From positions 93,250,001-93,314,000 of the forward strand of contig OZ076409.1 of assembly GCA_964187785.1 (NCBI GenBank): 64,000 bases of DNA, in the 5' to 3' direction. Shown one piece after another: positions 38,924-51,071 of the stretch (positions within the stretch are counted from its first letter, which is position 1; every line of letters begins with the position of its first letter). The notes under the pieces are model-generated. The model worked only from the letters and a program-made list of their open reading frames with translations. It was not told the DNA's origin and searched no databases. The position numbers were made by a program, and so were the translations under genes. The DNA is from Amphiscolops sp. MND2022. Its lineage: Eukaryota.

Positions 38924-41900
38924 TTATTCGGTAAAAAGTTCTTGGGCTGTCTTATCGCCGTAATCGAAACGTAGTTGCTCGAAGGGTTCTATCTGTCGTC
39001 TAGCCTTCATTACTGCGACTCTCAGAGGGGGATCTGTATGGTCCAAGAGGATGCTAGCAGACTTCACGTTGGCTTCTCTGTTATCAGCGTTGTTTCTTCT
39101 CTGGGTCGCGTGGTTGGCTAAACGACCCATACCTAAACAACATAAATAAAGTGTAGAGATTGTTATTTTTACAATTCTAAAGATTAAACATCGTTATTAT
39201 TATTATTACATAAATTCGTTGGATGATCCACACAAATCTCGGAACTGGCATCTATAAGTCGCTTTGGTGGACCTGCTACTTCCATGACAAACTCGCTCGT
39301 AACGTCGGGTTGCTGCACGTACTCCTCGAACTTCTGGCCGGTAATGACTTTCCCGTGGTAGTCTACAATTATTGTGTCTTTCTCCAGTTTTCCTAGACTG
39401 ACAATACCTCGACCAAATTTAGTGCAATGGGCATCGCAAATCCACTCCCACTTTTGGTTGTCAATTCGGTCTTTCAAACTTATCTGGTTTTCGTATGACA
39501 ACCTGTCTCCTTTGCAGATGATGGGATTGAACTGCGGCCTGCATATACTGCTCCGTGATGATGTGCTCTTCATCTATTCAAAACACAAAGCATCCAAACT
39601 CAATGATTTTTCTAATAACTATGGATCACTTAGCATGGGGCAGCTCTAGACAGGCAAACACTCCTTTAGCTGTTTACCCTATGGTACCAAAACAAATGAT
39701 TTTTTGCCCCATTTGATTTTCGATTTGTGCCATTGGGAAATTTTATCGTAATCTAATGCACTGCAATCTAAAGTACTCGAACGTGACGTAACCCAACCTA
39801 ACCTGTTTTATAGCTATAGTCATCGTTTTCTTGATGTCGCATTTGTCCCAGCCCATCCTCGCATAAAACGTGTTCAGGCGCTGCTCCAAATCACTGCAGT
39901 TTGACAGTAACCATCCATTGTTCTTGATCCAATGTTGCTCTCTAATTGTTTGCCGATGGTACCGTAATTGGTCAAGTCTGTGCTTCACCGCCTTGGAAAC
40001 TTCTTTGTGGGTATAATATTCTGTCTGACTTTTCACCTAAAAAAGAAATTCCATTCCTTTGTTGAAAACAAAGGTTTAGAAAGGAAAATCAATATTTTAT
40101 TATCAAACGAAAAAGAACAAAACCTGATTGATTACTTGCTTCTGTTTGCCAATGGTGAAACCTGGATCACTTCGAAACGGCAGAAAACTCGCAACATGTC
40201 TCTCTAGGGTGGTCTCTTGAGGGTTATCGATGTGCTGCTGAAGCTAATAGACGCAAACTTCGGTAAAAACATTGAGAACATGCATGATTAACTGCGGAAA
40301 AATTCGTGGCGTAGATTCAATAAATCAAATCGGTCTCGCAATTAAATTTTCCATGAATTTGAAATAATGTAAAACGAGTGGTGACCCTGGAAACATTTGA
40401 AGCAATTTAGGTGTTTCTGGGTTGAAATTTAAATTTTTACCGTGTCTTTGAATTGGTCGCATAGTTGGCGCACTTTGAAATGGGTTGAGCCATTGGAATT
40501 GACGAAAAAGCGGCGAGTTCTCACTGTTCTTGTGTCATCTGCGAAAACCCTGGTGAAAACATCAAGACCTTCTTTTGGCAGGAAGTGCGGTCTTGCCTCC
40601 AGGTAGTATGTTTTCAAACCGTCCACTAGCCATCGGGGAACAGTGTGCGACGATCTTATCGGAGAAAATTCAGCAGGCTCAACATAGATTGTGATTCCTG
40701 CATCAACTGCTGTTCCATCGTCTGTGTCCTCTTGCAAGGAAACGATGGCCTGTGTAACAGCATGCACTGTCAGCTCTGTGATACATTTGTCCATCATTGG
40801 TGGTGCTGCATGCTTTGACAGGAAACACGCCAAAGCACGAAAGAGCATTGTTCTTTGCTTTTGTGTCAGAGCTTCCGTTTTCTTGTACTGCTCTACAATG
40901 TCCCTGATGGCTAACTCAAGTTCTTCTTCAGTCGTCTCGCCACAAGTAGCCCTGATAGAAGTCTTCGATATTTTCTAAATAATTTGAATACAAATTTCAA
41001 AAACAACTTCAAGTATTATAATGAAAGTCAAATAATACTCAACAAGTTCAATTACAAATTGAAATGCAAATTGGTTTTCAAATTCAAACGCAAAATGAAT
41101 TTTAAAATCTAGGAAATATGAAGATTCTTCTCGAAATTTTCGCATATTTTATACCATAGTGCAAACAAAACACTGCGAGGTGTGTGACACGTTCCGTCTT
41201 TACTTGAAAGTGAAAGCTGAAAAAAAATCCGTCACCGCTCAGCCAAGGCGGTAGCTGGAAATTTTCCTGGAGAATGGTACAGGAAACTGAAATCATAATG
41301 TATTAGGATTTGTCTGCGGATCCCGCTGTACATGTGTTAACCTTAGCCCCTAAATTCCGCAATGCTCCTTTGGAAGTCAATGATATGAAACATGAGACAG
41401 CGGATTCCGCTGCTATGATGAATGAAACATTTTTCGTGCTTAATGTGGTTCTAGAAGGTTAAAATCTCCCGCTTCAGATTAAAATTTTAAAATTGAAAGT
41501 CAAAAACTGACCTTCGGAATATCATTTGTTGCAGAGCTAGCTGCTCTTTTACGACTTTCTTCAAGTTGCTCAGTCGACGAAGCTTCAAGCGGAGGAAGAA
41601 AAAGGTCCGGCGAATGTTCAGGTGGTGGAAGCATTTCACCAAACATGGTCGGGGGAATTTCGTGCGATATTCCATCCATGTTGAGCCATTGCGATTGATT
41701 CCATTCAAAATATGACGGGTGTGAGTATTGGCGAACTGCAGCCGGGCTCTTTCCGGTGGGGGTTGTCAAATATTCATGCGATCGTGAGAGAGGGGTTAAT
41801 GTTGGAACTGGAGGATGAGGTAGTGTAAGTGTAAACGTCTCGGGTTGCACTGGCGTTGAGGTAACTAGTTGAGGCGATTGAAGTTCTGTCAAATTTCCAA

Positions 41901-41946
41901 GATCTTCTAATGGTTGTGATTGAATTTGATGCGTTTGCAGAGACAT
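38924..41946 (-). CDS. SET-domain lysine methyltransferase, PR-Set7/KMT5A-like, ~627 aa, 6 exons
   Basis: Exons 41946-41512, 40974-40441, 40243-40136, 40036-39803, 39573-39210, 39132-38924; all GT-AG, phases match, no internal stop. SET motifs FGRGIVS, IVDYHG, LIDAS, MGRLANH, ARRQIEPFEQLRFDYGD; no post-SET cysteines. Confidence 0.88.
41263..41420 (+). repeat. Partial copy of the 217-bp internal repeat unit (in SET intron 1)
   Basis: ATGGTACAGGAAACTGAA...AATGTATTAG...CCGCTGTACATG...CCCTAAATTCCGC matches the unit at 46740-47310. Confidence 0.8.
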
Positions 41947-42531
41947 TGTAGGTTCCTTCGACGAATAGAACGATGTACAATTCAAATTGACTGATTCCTA
42001 GTAGATCAAAATTATATAATGAATAGTATTATGATATTACTCTACTGAAACTGCTAATTACTTAACTGATGATTGCCATCATAGTAATTTAACACTTCCA
42101 CTTTGACAAATTAATAAAAGCCTCATCAGACGCTGCCAATGGAAATAATTGTAGTTATATAATCATAATGAGTATAATTTTATAATTATTTATATTATAA
42201 TTTTTGGCAGCGCCTGATGCGGTTCTTAATCATGTGGAAGTGTTAAAACCACACCTCATCTATCATTTGACTTGAATCATCAGCACTCGTTCTCATTGTT
42301 CGTTCATTGGCCCGAAAGAATGCCCAAGTTTTCATCAGAACTTGAAAGATGAATGCGTAAAACACATGTATCTCGGATTGGCCGGCTGACACTTACGGCA
42401 TGATAAAACCCTATCTATAATAATAACATACAATCTATGTTACACAATCTAGAACAACATGAAGCACCAAACGATTTTTTCCCCATAACAACAAACTGTT
42501 TTATACTCCATATTTTTGCCTCCCAAAGAAC

Positions 42532-42869
42532 CAGTGCGGGAATTAAGGACAAATGTTAATACATGTACCGCGGAATCCACAGGCAAATGTTAATACATTG
42601 CAATTTCGGTTTCCTGTACCATACCTCAAGAAAATGTTCAATACGCTTAGTAGCATAAAACAGTGGATTCCGTGGTTAGCGAGAGTGTTGCGCCTCATAA
42701 CAGCGGAACCCGCTGTTTTGTATTCCAGATTGATGCCTTCCAAAATAGCAGTGCGGAATTTAGGGGAAAAATGGTAATACATGTACAGCGGAATCCACAG
42801 GCAAATGTTAATACATTGCGATTTCAATATCCTGTACCATACCTCAAGAAAATATTCAAATCTGCTCAG
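42532..42869 (-). repeat. ~1.5 copies of the 217/218-bp unit, inverted relative to 46740-47310
   Basis: GTACCATACCTCAAGAAAAT at 42616 and 42834; reverse complement of ATTTTCTTGAGGTATGGTAC. Confidence 0.85.
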
Positions 42870-43565
42870 GATCATAAAGCTGTGTTCAAGAATTTTAGTT
42901 TTTTCAAACCCTCTCTTGAAAATGCATTTTGGGACCAGTAATCTCAAATTTCCCAGGTTGAAATCCTAATTAACTAGAAGTCAAGTAGAATCTATAGGAG
43001 TCTATCAGTGTCTATATGTCTGTAATTGTCTTATAAGCGCATATGAAAGTGCCTAAAATCGTCTACTGAAGCTTTTGTGATCCGTTCCTCCAAGGTGGCT
43101 TGGGAGTCGTCACAGGGTACTTGGGAGCAGTCGCTCATTCCAAAACCCAGAGAAATGTCATTTAGAGTTTAAAATTTTCATCTAACGAGAATACAGTATG
43201 CTAAGGCGGGGCGCAGTTGGTGCAGTGAGATCAAATCGATTAAAGTAAAAATCACGTAACGCTGCTTCAGTAACAGTTTCCGTTACACTTTTGCGATTGC
43301 AACATATGCCGTACTAACTTGTGCATTGTGTCATGATTGCATGTACGACTGATGCATATCTCGAAAAGTAGGAAAAGTATCAGTACGCGCAACACGTAAG
43401 ACTGATGCTTACCTCTGGAATTAGGAAAAGTATCTGTAATCTCTTGAAACCTAAGATCAAATGCTATTGAAGAATTTATTTTCCAACCTCTGCAATTATG
43501 ACCATGAATGTAGGAAATCGTATTAGGCCTAAAAATTTTACTTTTTGAAGGTTTTCTCTGGAAAT

Positions 43566-46500
43566 ATGCCCCAATTTCAATGCCCCACGTGCCAACTTAC
43601 CCTCTCAAATAAGGGTAATCTGACCCGGCACATCAATCAGAGTTGCGGTAAGAGAGAGCAGACGCGCGGCACAAGAATGAAGTGCATGTTTTGTGGCTCG
43701 CCTACAGATGGCTCCTTCTTCAAGGACGTGCAGCAGACTGCTGATCATGTGGTGACACTCCGATGCTAGAATGCTCGAAATGCCCTGACAGCGGAAGATC
43801 GAGCAAAATTACTCGAGCCCACACGAGAAAACTTTGTTCTCGTAAGAGACACATACCCGGGGTGCAAGAAGGCCTTCTCGGCAGAAGGGAGGACGAGGAA
43901 GTTCTTCGAGCAACCGCCACCATCCAAGGCAATTAAACGAGAAGCCAGTGCGACATCGACATGAACACCGTGGTGGGAGGTAATTCATCCAAACATATTA
44001 AAATCATCCAATATAAACGTTGTTTTTGCGCATGAATAAGAATCAAGTCCTAGTTTTTGATTTTGGGTGATTTACATTTTTGAGTTAAAATGATTTATCC
44101 TTGAACAGGTTCCGGAAAGCAGCAGTCCTGTGGAGCCTGAGCATGCTGGTGTTGTTTCCTCCTTTTCCACCCTTCACTTTGCAACAGAGGCCGAAGAAGC
44201 TACTGCGGAAGAGTCACCTGTCTTTCTTGAGGAGAAGAAAGAAGAACAGGCAATCGCTTCCATTGTAGTTTTGGAAGCCTTCAACGTTGCAAAAGTCAAT
44301 CACATTCAAGTGGAAGAGCCCAAAAGTGTATGTATTTTTATTGATGTTTGTTTCATGTTTCAAGTATTATTTTTCAGCATGTGTAATTTCTATGGATTTC
44401 TAGTTTTAAAATCATAATGGTTTGGTTGGGATTAAAACACCTAATAGTGATATTGCTTAAGGAAATGTGGGAACAGAAACGACGGCGTTTACACAAGAGT
44501 GTATCGCGAATGCCATTGCAGATGCCAAAGCTGAGCAGATGTACGCTAACCTTGCGAAGGTTGAACATTACGGATACAAACCACATGAAATCGTTCGGTA
44601 GCATCTGGGAGCTACGTGACCTTATGAGTCAAGTAAGAACTTCTCTGGATTTAAGAATGGGATCTCTTCACAGGATTTAAGAACGGGATCTCTTCTTCAG
44701 ACTCTAGATCTAATTAGATTTGAGTCTCTGGATTCAGGAATAAGATATCTTCTCTATATCTAAATCTCTGGATTCAAGAATAAGATCTCTTCTGTATATT
44801 TAAGTCTCTGGATATAAGAATAAGATCTCTTCTCTAGACTGAAGTCTCTGGATTGAAGAATGAGATTTTGTCTTCTGAGTAAAGTGATTTGTGTTGAATT
44901 TAGATTCCAAATGCTACCTCGATGCGGCGTGACATTGCAGCGGACGAAATCACGCAGGAACTGCTCTCAGACCCGGCTTTTTTGGACGGGGAATATGTCT
45001 TCGTCATCCATGACGGTTGGGCCATCCCCGGTTTCAAGACAAAGCTAACAAGGGAGAAGATGAGCCGAATGTCGTCTGTCCAACAGATGATGCAAGAATA
45101 TAGTGGCAACCCCGTGACACTTCGTTATTTAACGACAAAGTTCGAGGTGAGCACAGTGATTATAACTGCTGGTGGAGATGCAATCATCAGTTTTGTTTTC
45201 TTTAATGATTTTAAGGATAACTTAACCTGACCTGGTATATCATTTAGGAAGGGAAAAAAGTTGTGCCAGGTAACAGAGTTACCGAGATGATGGAGAGTGA
45301 CCCCCCCCCAAGTTCTACAACGTGATCGACGCCGAGGCAAACAAAAGCCCAGGAGCCTCATTCAAGAAGCCCAGCTTCCTAGACGATGTTTCCGTTGGGC
45401 ACATGAGCTGGGACGAGACCCCTGCAGAAATGCGTCCAGAGCGTGAATCCAACTATTTGCTCATTTCACAAAATGGCGCGATCACGCGGTTCCATCAGGA
45501 CTTTTCATCAACCAGCGTCTTCTATTATCTGGCCAAAGGTTTGTACCAGTTTTTAGTACAATATATAAAAATAGTGTTTTAAAATAGTCGTGTTTGGTGA
45601 CTGACCAACTATTGTTACAGGAGTTAAAGTTTTCCATGTTGTGAGGCCCACTGCCAGAAACGTGGACTTGTTCAAGGCATTCAAACATCTCCCGAGGCAA
45701 GTAATATTGTTTATACTTACACTACACAATACTTTTTTCTGTGTTTTGCATGTATAACTGAGAACCGGGAAAAAATTATTACTGTTTTATGATTGTTTAG
45801 AAAGGACCTCTTTTTTGGCTCCCATGAAGAGCTTGACATGGGCGGGTGCACAAAAGTCACTCTCTTCGAGGGACAGGCCCTGATTCTTCCAGCAAAGATG
45901 ATCCACGCGGTGGAGACTTTCGGCTTGTCCGTCGCGCTGGGAGTCAACTTTATCCACCGCCTGCATGTGAAGAAAGCAGCAGAAGAGTTCTCCAATGAGA
46001 GGGACCGGTGTGACCCCTACAACGAGTGTTACCCCCATTTCCCCCGACTGTTGTTCACACACATCGCGAATTTGATGAGGTAGATCATTACTATACATTA
46101 TTATAAAATTATTATATTACTATTATTACCTTTGCATGATGCATGAATTCTTGTATAGAGTCTGTTGGTATTAACGATCAAATGATCATATTCCTAATTA
46201 CAGAGGTTGGTGTGTTTTAGTTCTTCTGCATGCGTGGACAAACTTGAGAGGGCACAGCTGTTCAACGCTGCCATGATTGTACAGAAGACGAGTTGCCCTA
46301 CTGTTCAATGTTCCATTGACACCGTTTGTCAGAAAGTATGTAATTTTCATGCAAATTTTCATAGTACTTTGTGACTTTGTTCGACTAGACGAAAACCGTA
46401 TTTTGCTTTTTGTTTTTGTATATTGCCTTTTGGTTTTCGGTGAAACGGAATGTATTTATTTTTATTACGGAGGGATATTGTTTTTAGTATGGAGTTACAT

Positions 46501-46586
46501 TCGGAGAGATGTCCAGCTGGCTTTCTTCAAGCTGTGAGATCCCAGTGCCTTCAGGGTCCCCAGGTACTTCCCATCCAAGAAATTAA
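43566..46586 (+). CDS. JmjC histone demethylase, KDM2/KDM7 (JHDM1/PHF8)-like, with N-terminal zinc finger; 5' part disrupted in this copy
   Basis: Exons ~43566-43979, 44109-44327, 44462-44632, 44904-45146, 45248-45538, 45621-45696 (GC donor), 45801-46079, 46221-46335, 46488-46586. Motifs FYNVID, NYLLISQNGAITRFHQDFSSTSVFYYLAKGVKVFHVVRPT, LFFG, GQALILPAKMIHAVET, GVNFIH. In-frame TAG at 43767, unresolved phase at the first intron, frameshift in C9 run 45301-45309. Confidence 0.85.
44642..44870. repeat. 40-bp intronic tandem repeat
   Basis: TCTCTGGATTCAAGAATAAGATCTCTTCTC-like unit at 44725, 44765, 44805 and 44845, plus partial copies upstream. Confidence 0.8.
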
Positions 46587-46739
46587 CCAACAGCTTTTCC
46601 CAACCAGAAATGGGATTAAAGATCAACTGCAAATACAAGCAAAACTTCTTTTATTTTTGTTATTTTGAGAAATTAGATTAGATTGGGAGTTAGATAGAGA
46701 ATTGATGATTTTGTTATAAATTTATGAATTTCAAACTGC

Positions 46740-47310
46740 TGAGCAGATATGGATATTTTCTTGAGGTATGGTACAGGAAACTGAAGTCGCAATGTATTAG
46801 CATTTGTCTGCGGGTTCCGCTGTACATGTATTAACATTCGTCCCTAAATTCCGCACTGCGTTTTGGAAGACATTATTTTGGGACATAAAAAAGGGGATTC
46901 CGCTGTTATGAGACGCAACACTCGCGATAAACGCGGAATCCACTGTTTTATGCAACTAAGCAGATTTGGACATTTTCTTGAGGTATGGTACAGGAAACCG
47001 AAATTTCAATGTATTAACATTTGCCTGTGGATTCCGCTGTACATGTACTAACATTGGCCCCTAAATTCCGCACTGCGATTTTGGAAGGCATCAATCTGGA
47101 ATGCAAAACAGCGGGTTCCGCTGTTATGGGCGCAACACTCGCGATAAACGCGGAATCCACTGTTTTATCCTACTAAGCAGATTTGGACATTTTCTTGAGG
47201 TATGGTACAGGAAAATAAACTCGCAATGTATTACCATTTGTCTGCTGATTCCGCCATACATGTTTTACCGTTTGACCCTAAATTCCGCACTGCGTTTTTG
47301 GGAGACAATA
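46740..47310 (+). repeat. ~2.6 tandem copies of the 217-bp unit between the convergent JmjC and transposase genes
   Basis: TTGAGGTATGGTACAGG at 46761, 46978 and 47195 (period 217); contains CGCGGAATCC/GGATTCCGCTG motifs. Confidence 0.9.
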
Positions 47311-47433
47311 TATGAAAACCATGATTTTGCTTTCAATAATTTTTTTATTTTGTACTACAATAGTTTGTACGTAAACAACTCAATTAAACAGAACAAAATA
47401 CAAAGAACAACTATCAGAAAGAAACAAACGAAA

Positions 47434-50400
47434 TTAGGTACAAAATAATACTGTTTCCTCATTATCCACTGCTTTTTCCTCTTCGATCTTTCTTTTTTTT
47501 CTGTGGCTCTTCAGGGCTGAGATAGCGGAAACTTTCTGACCTTGTTCACTGCACTGTCTTGCTAACAAAGGGCGCACATCTTTAACTTGCAACTTCTTGA
47601 CGTTTGGTCCTGGTAACATTTCGTACTTTTTCGGATCCAGGATGCGATCTGATTTTAATGAATCCAGTACAAACGAAAAGTGAAGGAATTTCCAATCTCC
47701 GCAAGCAAATTTGCGACATAGAAGTCCAGTCGCAGTTGCCGTATTTTCTGATACAGACTTCTTCGGCACGTCCGTCAACTCTTTATCGTTCGTTGGCTCT
47801 TTGAGAACATCCGTCGACTTCCTCAACTCTTTCTCGTCTTTCATAACGACAAAGCAGTTTGGACAAGTTGAGTGCGAAAGTAATAATGTTTCAGCACTTG
47901 CCTTGGTGCAAACTGTTCCACTCATATCGGTTATCGCATTTTGTATATCTTCATCTTTCATAGAACCAAAGTGACCCACTATAAAAAAGTATAATCCCAA
48001 AAACCGGTATTTCCTGTCCCGTGTCTCACCGACAGCAACTGAAGCACAGGAAACAGGCTGCAGGCAAATATCATTGTAAGTCTTCGATTCTTCGTCAACT
48101 TGATTGGCTATGCCGACAACTCCTAGGGCTTTTGATAACAAATCGTTAATTGAAACTTGTTTTGCTTTAATAGATTGTTTCCTGAGCAGCTTCTGCAAGG
48201 ACAATTGAAGCTCGAAAAAAAGGGGTCCTGGGTTGACTGCTTTCCTCCGCCTCTCATCGTCTTGCTCTGGAATGCTTTGTTTGCATTATGGTTAGACTTC
48301 TCCAAACCCTCGCACATATGATTCCAAGGAGTTATAATATGTCCGCTCTCAATTAGTTGTGGATAAAGTAGCATCTTCAGCTTGTACGGCGTAAGTCCTT
48401 TATCTTTGCCAAAAAGTAACATGGAGACTTGGTAATACGTCTCTGCCCACTTGCCGAAACTTGCAATGTCGAGACCGGTCCGTGAACTGCGCAAAAGAAT
48501 AGTGCACATGTTAAGGCTTTCCCTCAAGAGCTCAGCTGCATCTGAAATAGAAATGTACCCATGGTTTTCATTCTTCTTCGTGGGATTTGGTTTCGAAAAC
48601 AGTGACGGGTACATCTCTTTCAACACCTTGACGGAGTTTTCATTGTCGTTGCTTCCCATTAATACTTCTTCGTCTTTCCATACACCTTCGAATAAGTTTC
48701 TCATGTCTGGAATCATTTCAGAAAGCTCTTCTTTGTTGGCAATTGCTGTAAGTGCTGCCGACCCAGAAAGTGATACCGCTCCGACAGTCTTCACTTTCTG
48801 TCCAGATTTGGTAGTCGTATCGAACTGGAAGTGCGGTTTCTTCACATCTCGTTTGGTCAGATTTTCTTCCAATTGCGCGAGCGACTCTTTCTCTTTAGGA
48901 TGCTTGTCATCAACAAGCTTCTGCGCAATTTTTTTTCAAGTCATTTTCCACACATCTGGTTATCATGTGCGTTACATCAGGGCAAACGCATCGTATGTCG
49001 TCGTAGCTTACGAGAGACGTTGCCGGTAGATCAGTGCGAAATGGAACTGTAACTTTGCTTCGGTATCCAGATTCTGGATCGACTGTTGTAGGTAGAAACG
49101 TGTCGTCCGTTCCCAGAAACAGTGGCATGAGTGAGGGGAAATCTGAGCTGCGATCGTTTGAGATTCCAAGAATTAGCCTAAATGTAAGAAAAAAGTTAAA
49201 CTCTCCTCAAATTACAGCAAAAACATTACAATGTCGAAAAACTATCTTAAATCCAGAATTCATGAATCAGGTTGCAGAAGACTAAAAGACTTTCTTTCTT
49301 TCGTTCAGCAATAAATTGAAGCAATAATAAATGCTGCGCACCTAAGTAAGAACGGATTGTCTCCGCTATAAGTCAATTTGACGCCCAGTTCTCTCAATGC
49401 AACAGTCTGCTTGAACAGCCACCCTGATGTTTGGTCCCCAATTTTTTCATATCCCACATTTTGCTCCAAAGCATACCTGCTGTCCTTGCCTCGGTACGCG
49501 GCAAAACAGAAGACACTGTCAGTTGATTGCACGCTTACTTCCTCACAGATCAATCTAAACGCCAGTCTTGTTACTTCTGTTCCTCCAATTGCGGCACCAT
49601 CTCCCCAGATATCGACCCTCAATCCCGAGATGTTTGTAGTTTCAAGGATTACGTATGCAGCAAGTTTGACGCATCGAACAACATCCACTCGGAATCCACT
49701 AAAGGTTCTTTCAGGATTGCAGAGTTTAATGAAATGTTGGGTGAATTTGGCTTTGGACGTGACAACCGTACGAATTGAGGGTACCAAGTTAAAGCCCAGG
49801 CCAGGAACTGACAATCGAGAACGGATCAGGTTGATTACGTCATTTACGTTACCAGTCTTTGTATGAATTGCCAAAGCGTCGCGAAAGTCAGAACAGCTAC
49901 CCCTGTCCTTGAACAGTCCAGTAATAAGGCCCCCTATGATGTTCATTTGCTTCTTGGAGGCTCCATTACGCCTCTTCCTTTGTTCAGTTTCTCTGTGTGC
50001 TGCTTCAGTTAACCCACGAATACTATTCCCTTTGTACCTGATGCACCAAATCACTTGTCTCCAAAAGCTCTTCAAGTTCAACTTTTCCCCGGCTCTACAC
50101 ACATCCTGAGCCTTTTTACGTAATGAGAGTTTCGGTCTGCTCTTAATTAGGTTAGTCCGTTTGATGGATGTGCCAGATGAAACAGGCATACATGAGTTGT
50201 TAGTGGCAGGAGCATTGAAGGGGACGACGTTTGGGACAGATGCTTTGAAGGGGACCTTGTTTGGTACAGACGCATTGATGGGGACGTTGTTTGGTACAGA
50301 ACCATTGATGGGGACGTTGTTTGGTACAGACGCATTGATGGGGACGTTGTTTGGTACAGACGCATTGATGGGGACGTTGTTTGGGACAGATACATTGTAA

Positions 50401-50768
50401 GGGTCAACATCAGGAATGAGCTCTCGGGAGAAAAAGAAGGAGACAAAATCTTTCCTGACTTGGTTCCATGTGTGATCTCTCAATCCGCAAACTATGATAA
50501 CTTTCATTATTTTCGCAGCTACGTAGACTGCTTCACGTCCTCCTTTTTTGGTTTTGACTCTTCTGACCAAAGCTTCTGGATCTCGATCCAGCGAAGTACC
50601 AGTAACAATTTGTTTGACGGCTGTAAGCATATTACGATACCTGTTCTTGGAATTTATTTCCGCAAGATATATCTTTTCTAGAATGTCGCTGTTGATAAAC
50701 TGCCTTTTGCATTCGACAATCAACAGGTGTTGATCCCATAAACTTTGTATGTAACTTGATCCTGCCAT
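47434..50768 (-). CDS. RAG1/Transib-like DDE transposase (~1050 aa), 2 exons, two homopolymer frameshifts
   Basis: Exon 50768-49342, GT-AG intron, exon 49177-47434. Ordered motifs DIWGDG, AAYRGKDS, YSGDNPFL, PDVTH, SLSGS, LTPY, EGLEKSNH, TMRGGG parallel RAG1 core SCDG / ADESD / GYDEK / IDALH / MNGN / TNY / EGNESGNK. Frameshifts at an A8 run (~48929-48936) and a T7/C4 run (~48215-48225). Confidence 0.8.
50212..50397 (-). repeat. 30-bp coding tandem repeat (~6x ASVPNNVPIN) in the transposase N-terminal region
   Basis: GGGACGTTGTTTGGTACAGACGCATTGATG unit at 50221, 50251, 50281, 50311, 50341 and 50371. Confidence 0.9.
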
Positions 50769-51071
50769 TGGAGATGAAGATGAAAAATAAATAAAATAAG
50801 AATGGAGAGGTTAATATCACATCAGACGTTCGCACCTCAACTCAATTACCAAGTTAAAGTGTTCTTTGACGCTTTCTCAAATAATTGGACGTTTTTTCAA
50901 AGTGAATTGACGCTTTTCAAAGAAGGTCTTGATGAGTCTCTAACCAAAGGGTGGTGTCAGTTTAGCACCTCGCTTTTACTAAAATTTCTACTGGTAGTCA
51001 GTCATTGTACGCAGTATACATTTTAAAACTTACTGTACTTGTTTACCTCTTACCTGATTAATATTCCCAGT

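Noticed and set aside
42543..42969. ORFs here and at 46863-47448 and 54021-54707
   Set aside because: They overlap non-coding repeat units and have no protein-like features.
46740..47310. Regular repeats as a CRISPR array
   Set aside because: Whole 217-bp units repeat with no unique spacers, no cas genes, and the context is eukaryotic.
48451..50400. Plus-strand ORFs opposite the transposase (and 27823-32842 opposite gag-pol)
   Set aside because: Antisense shadows of real coding sequence.
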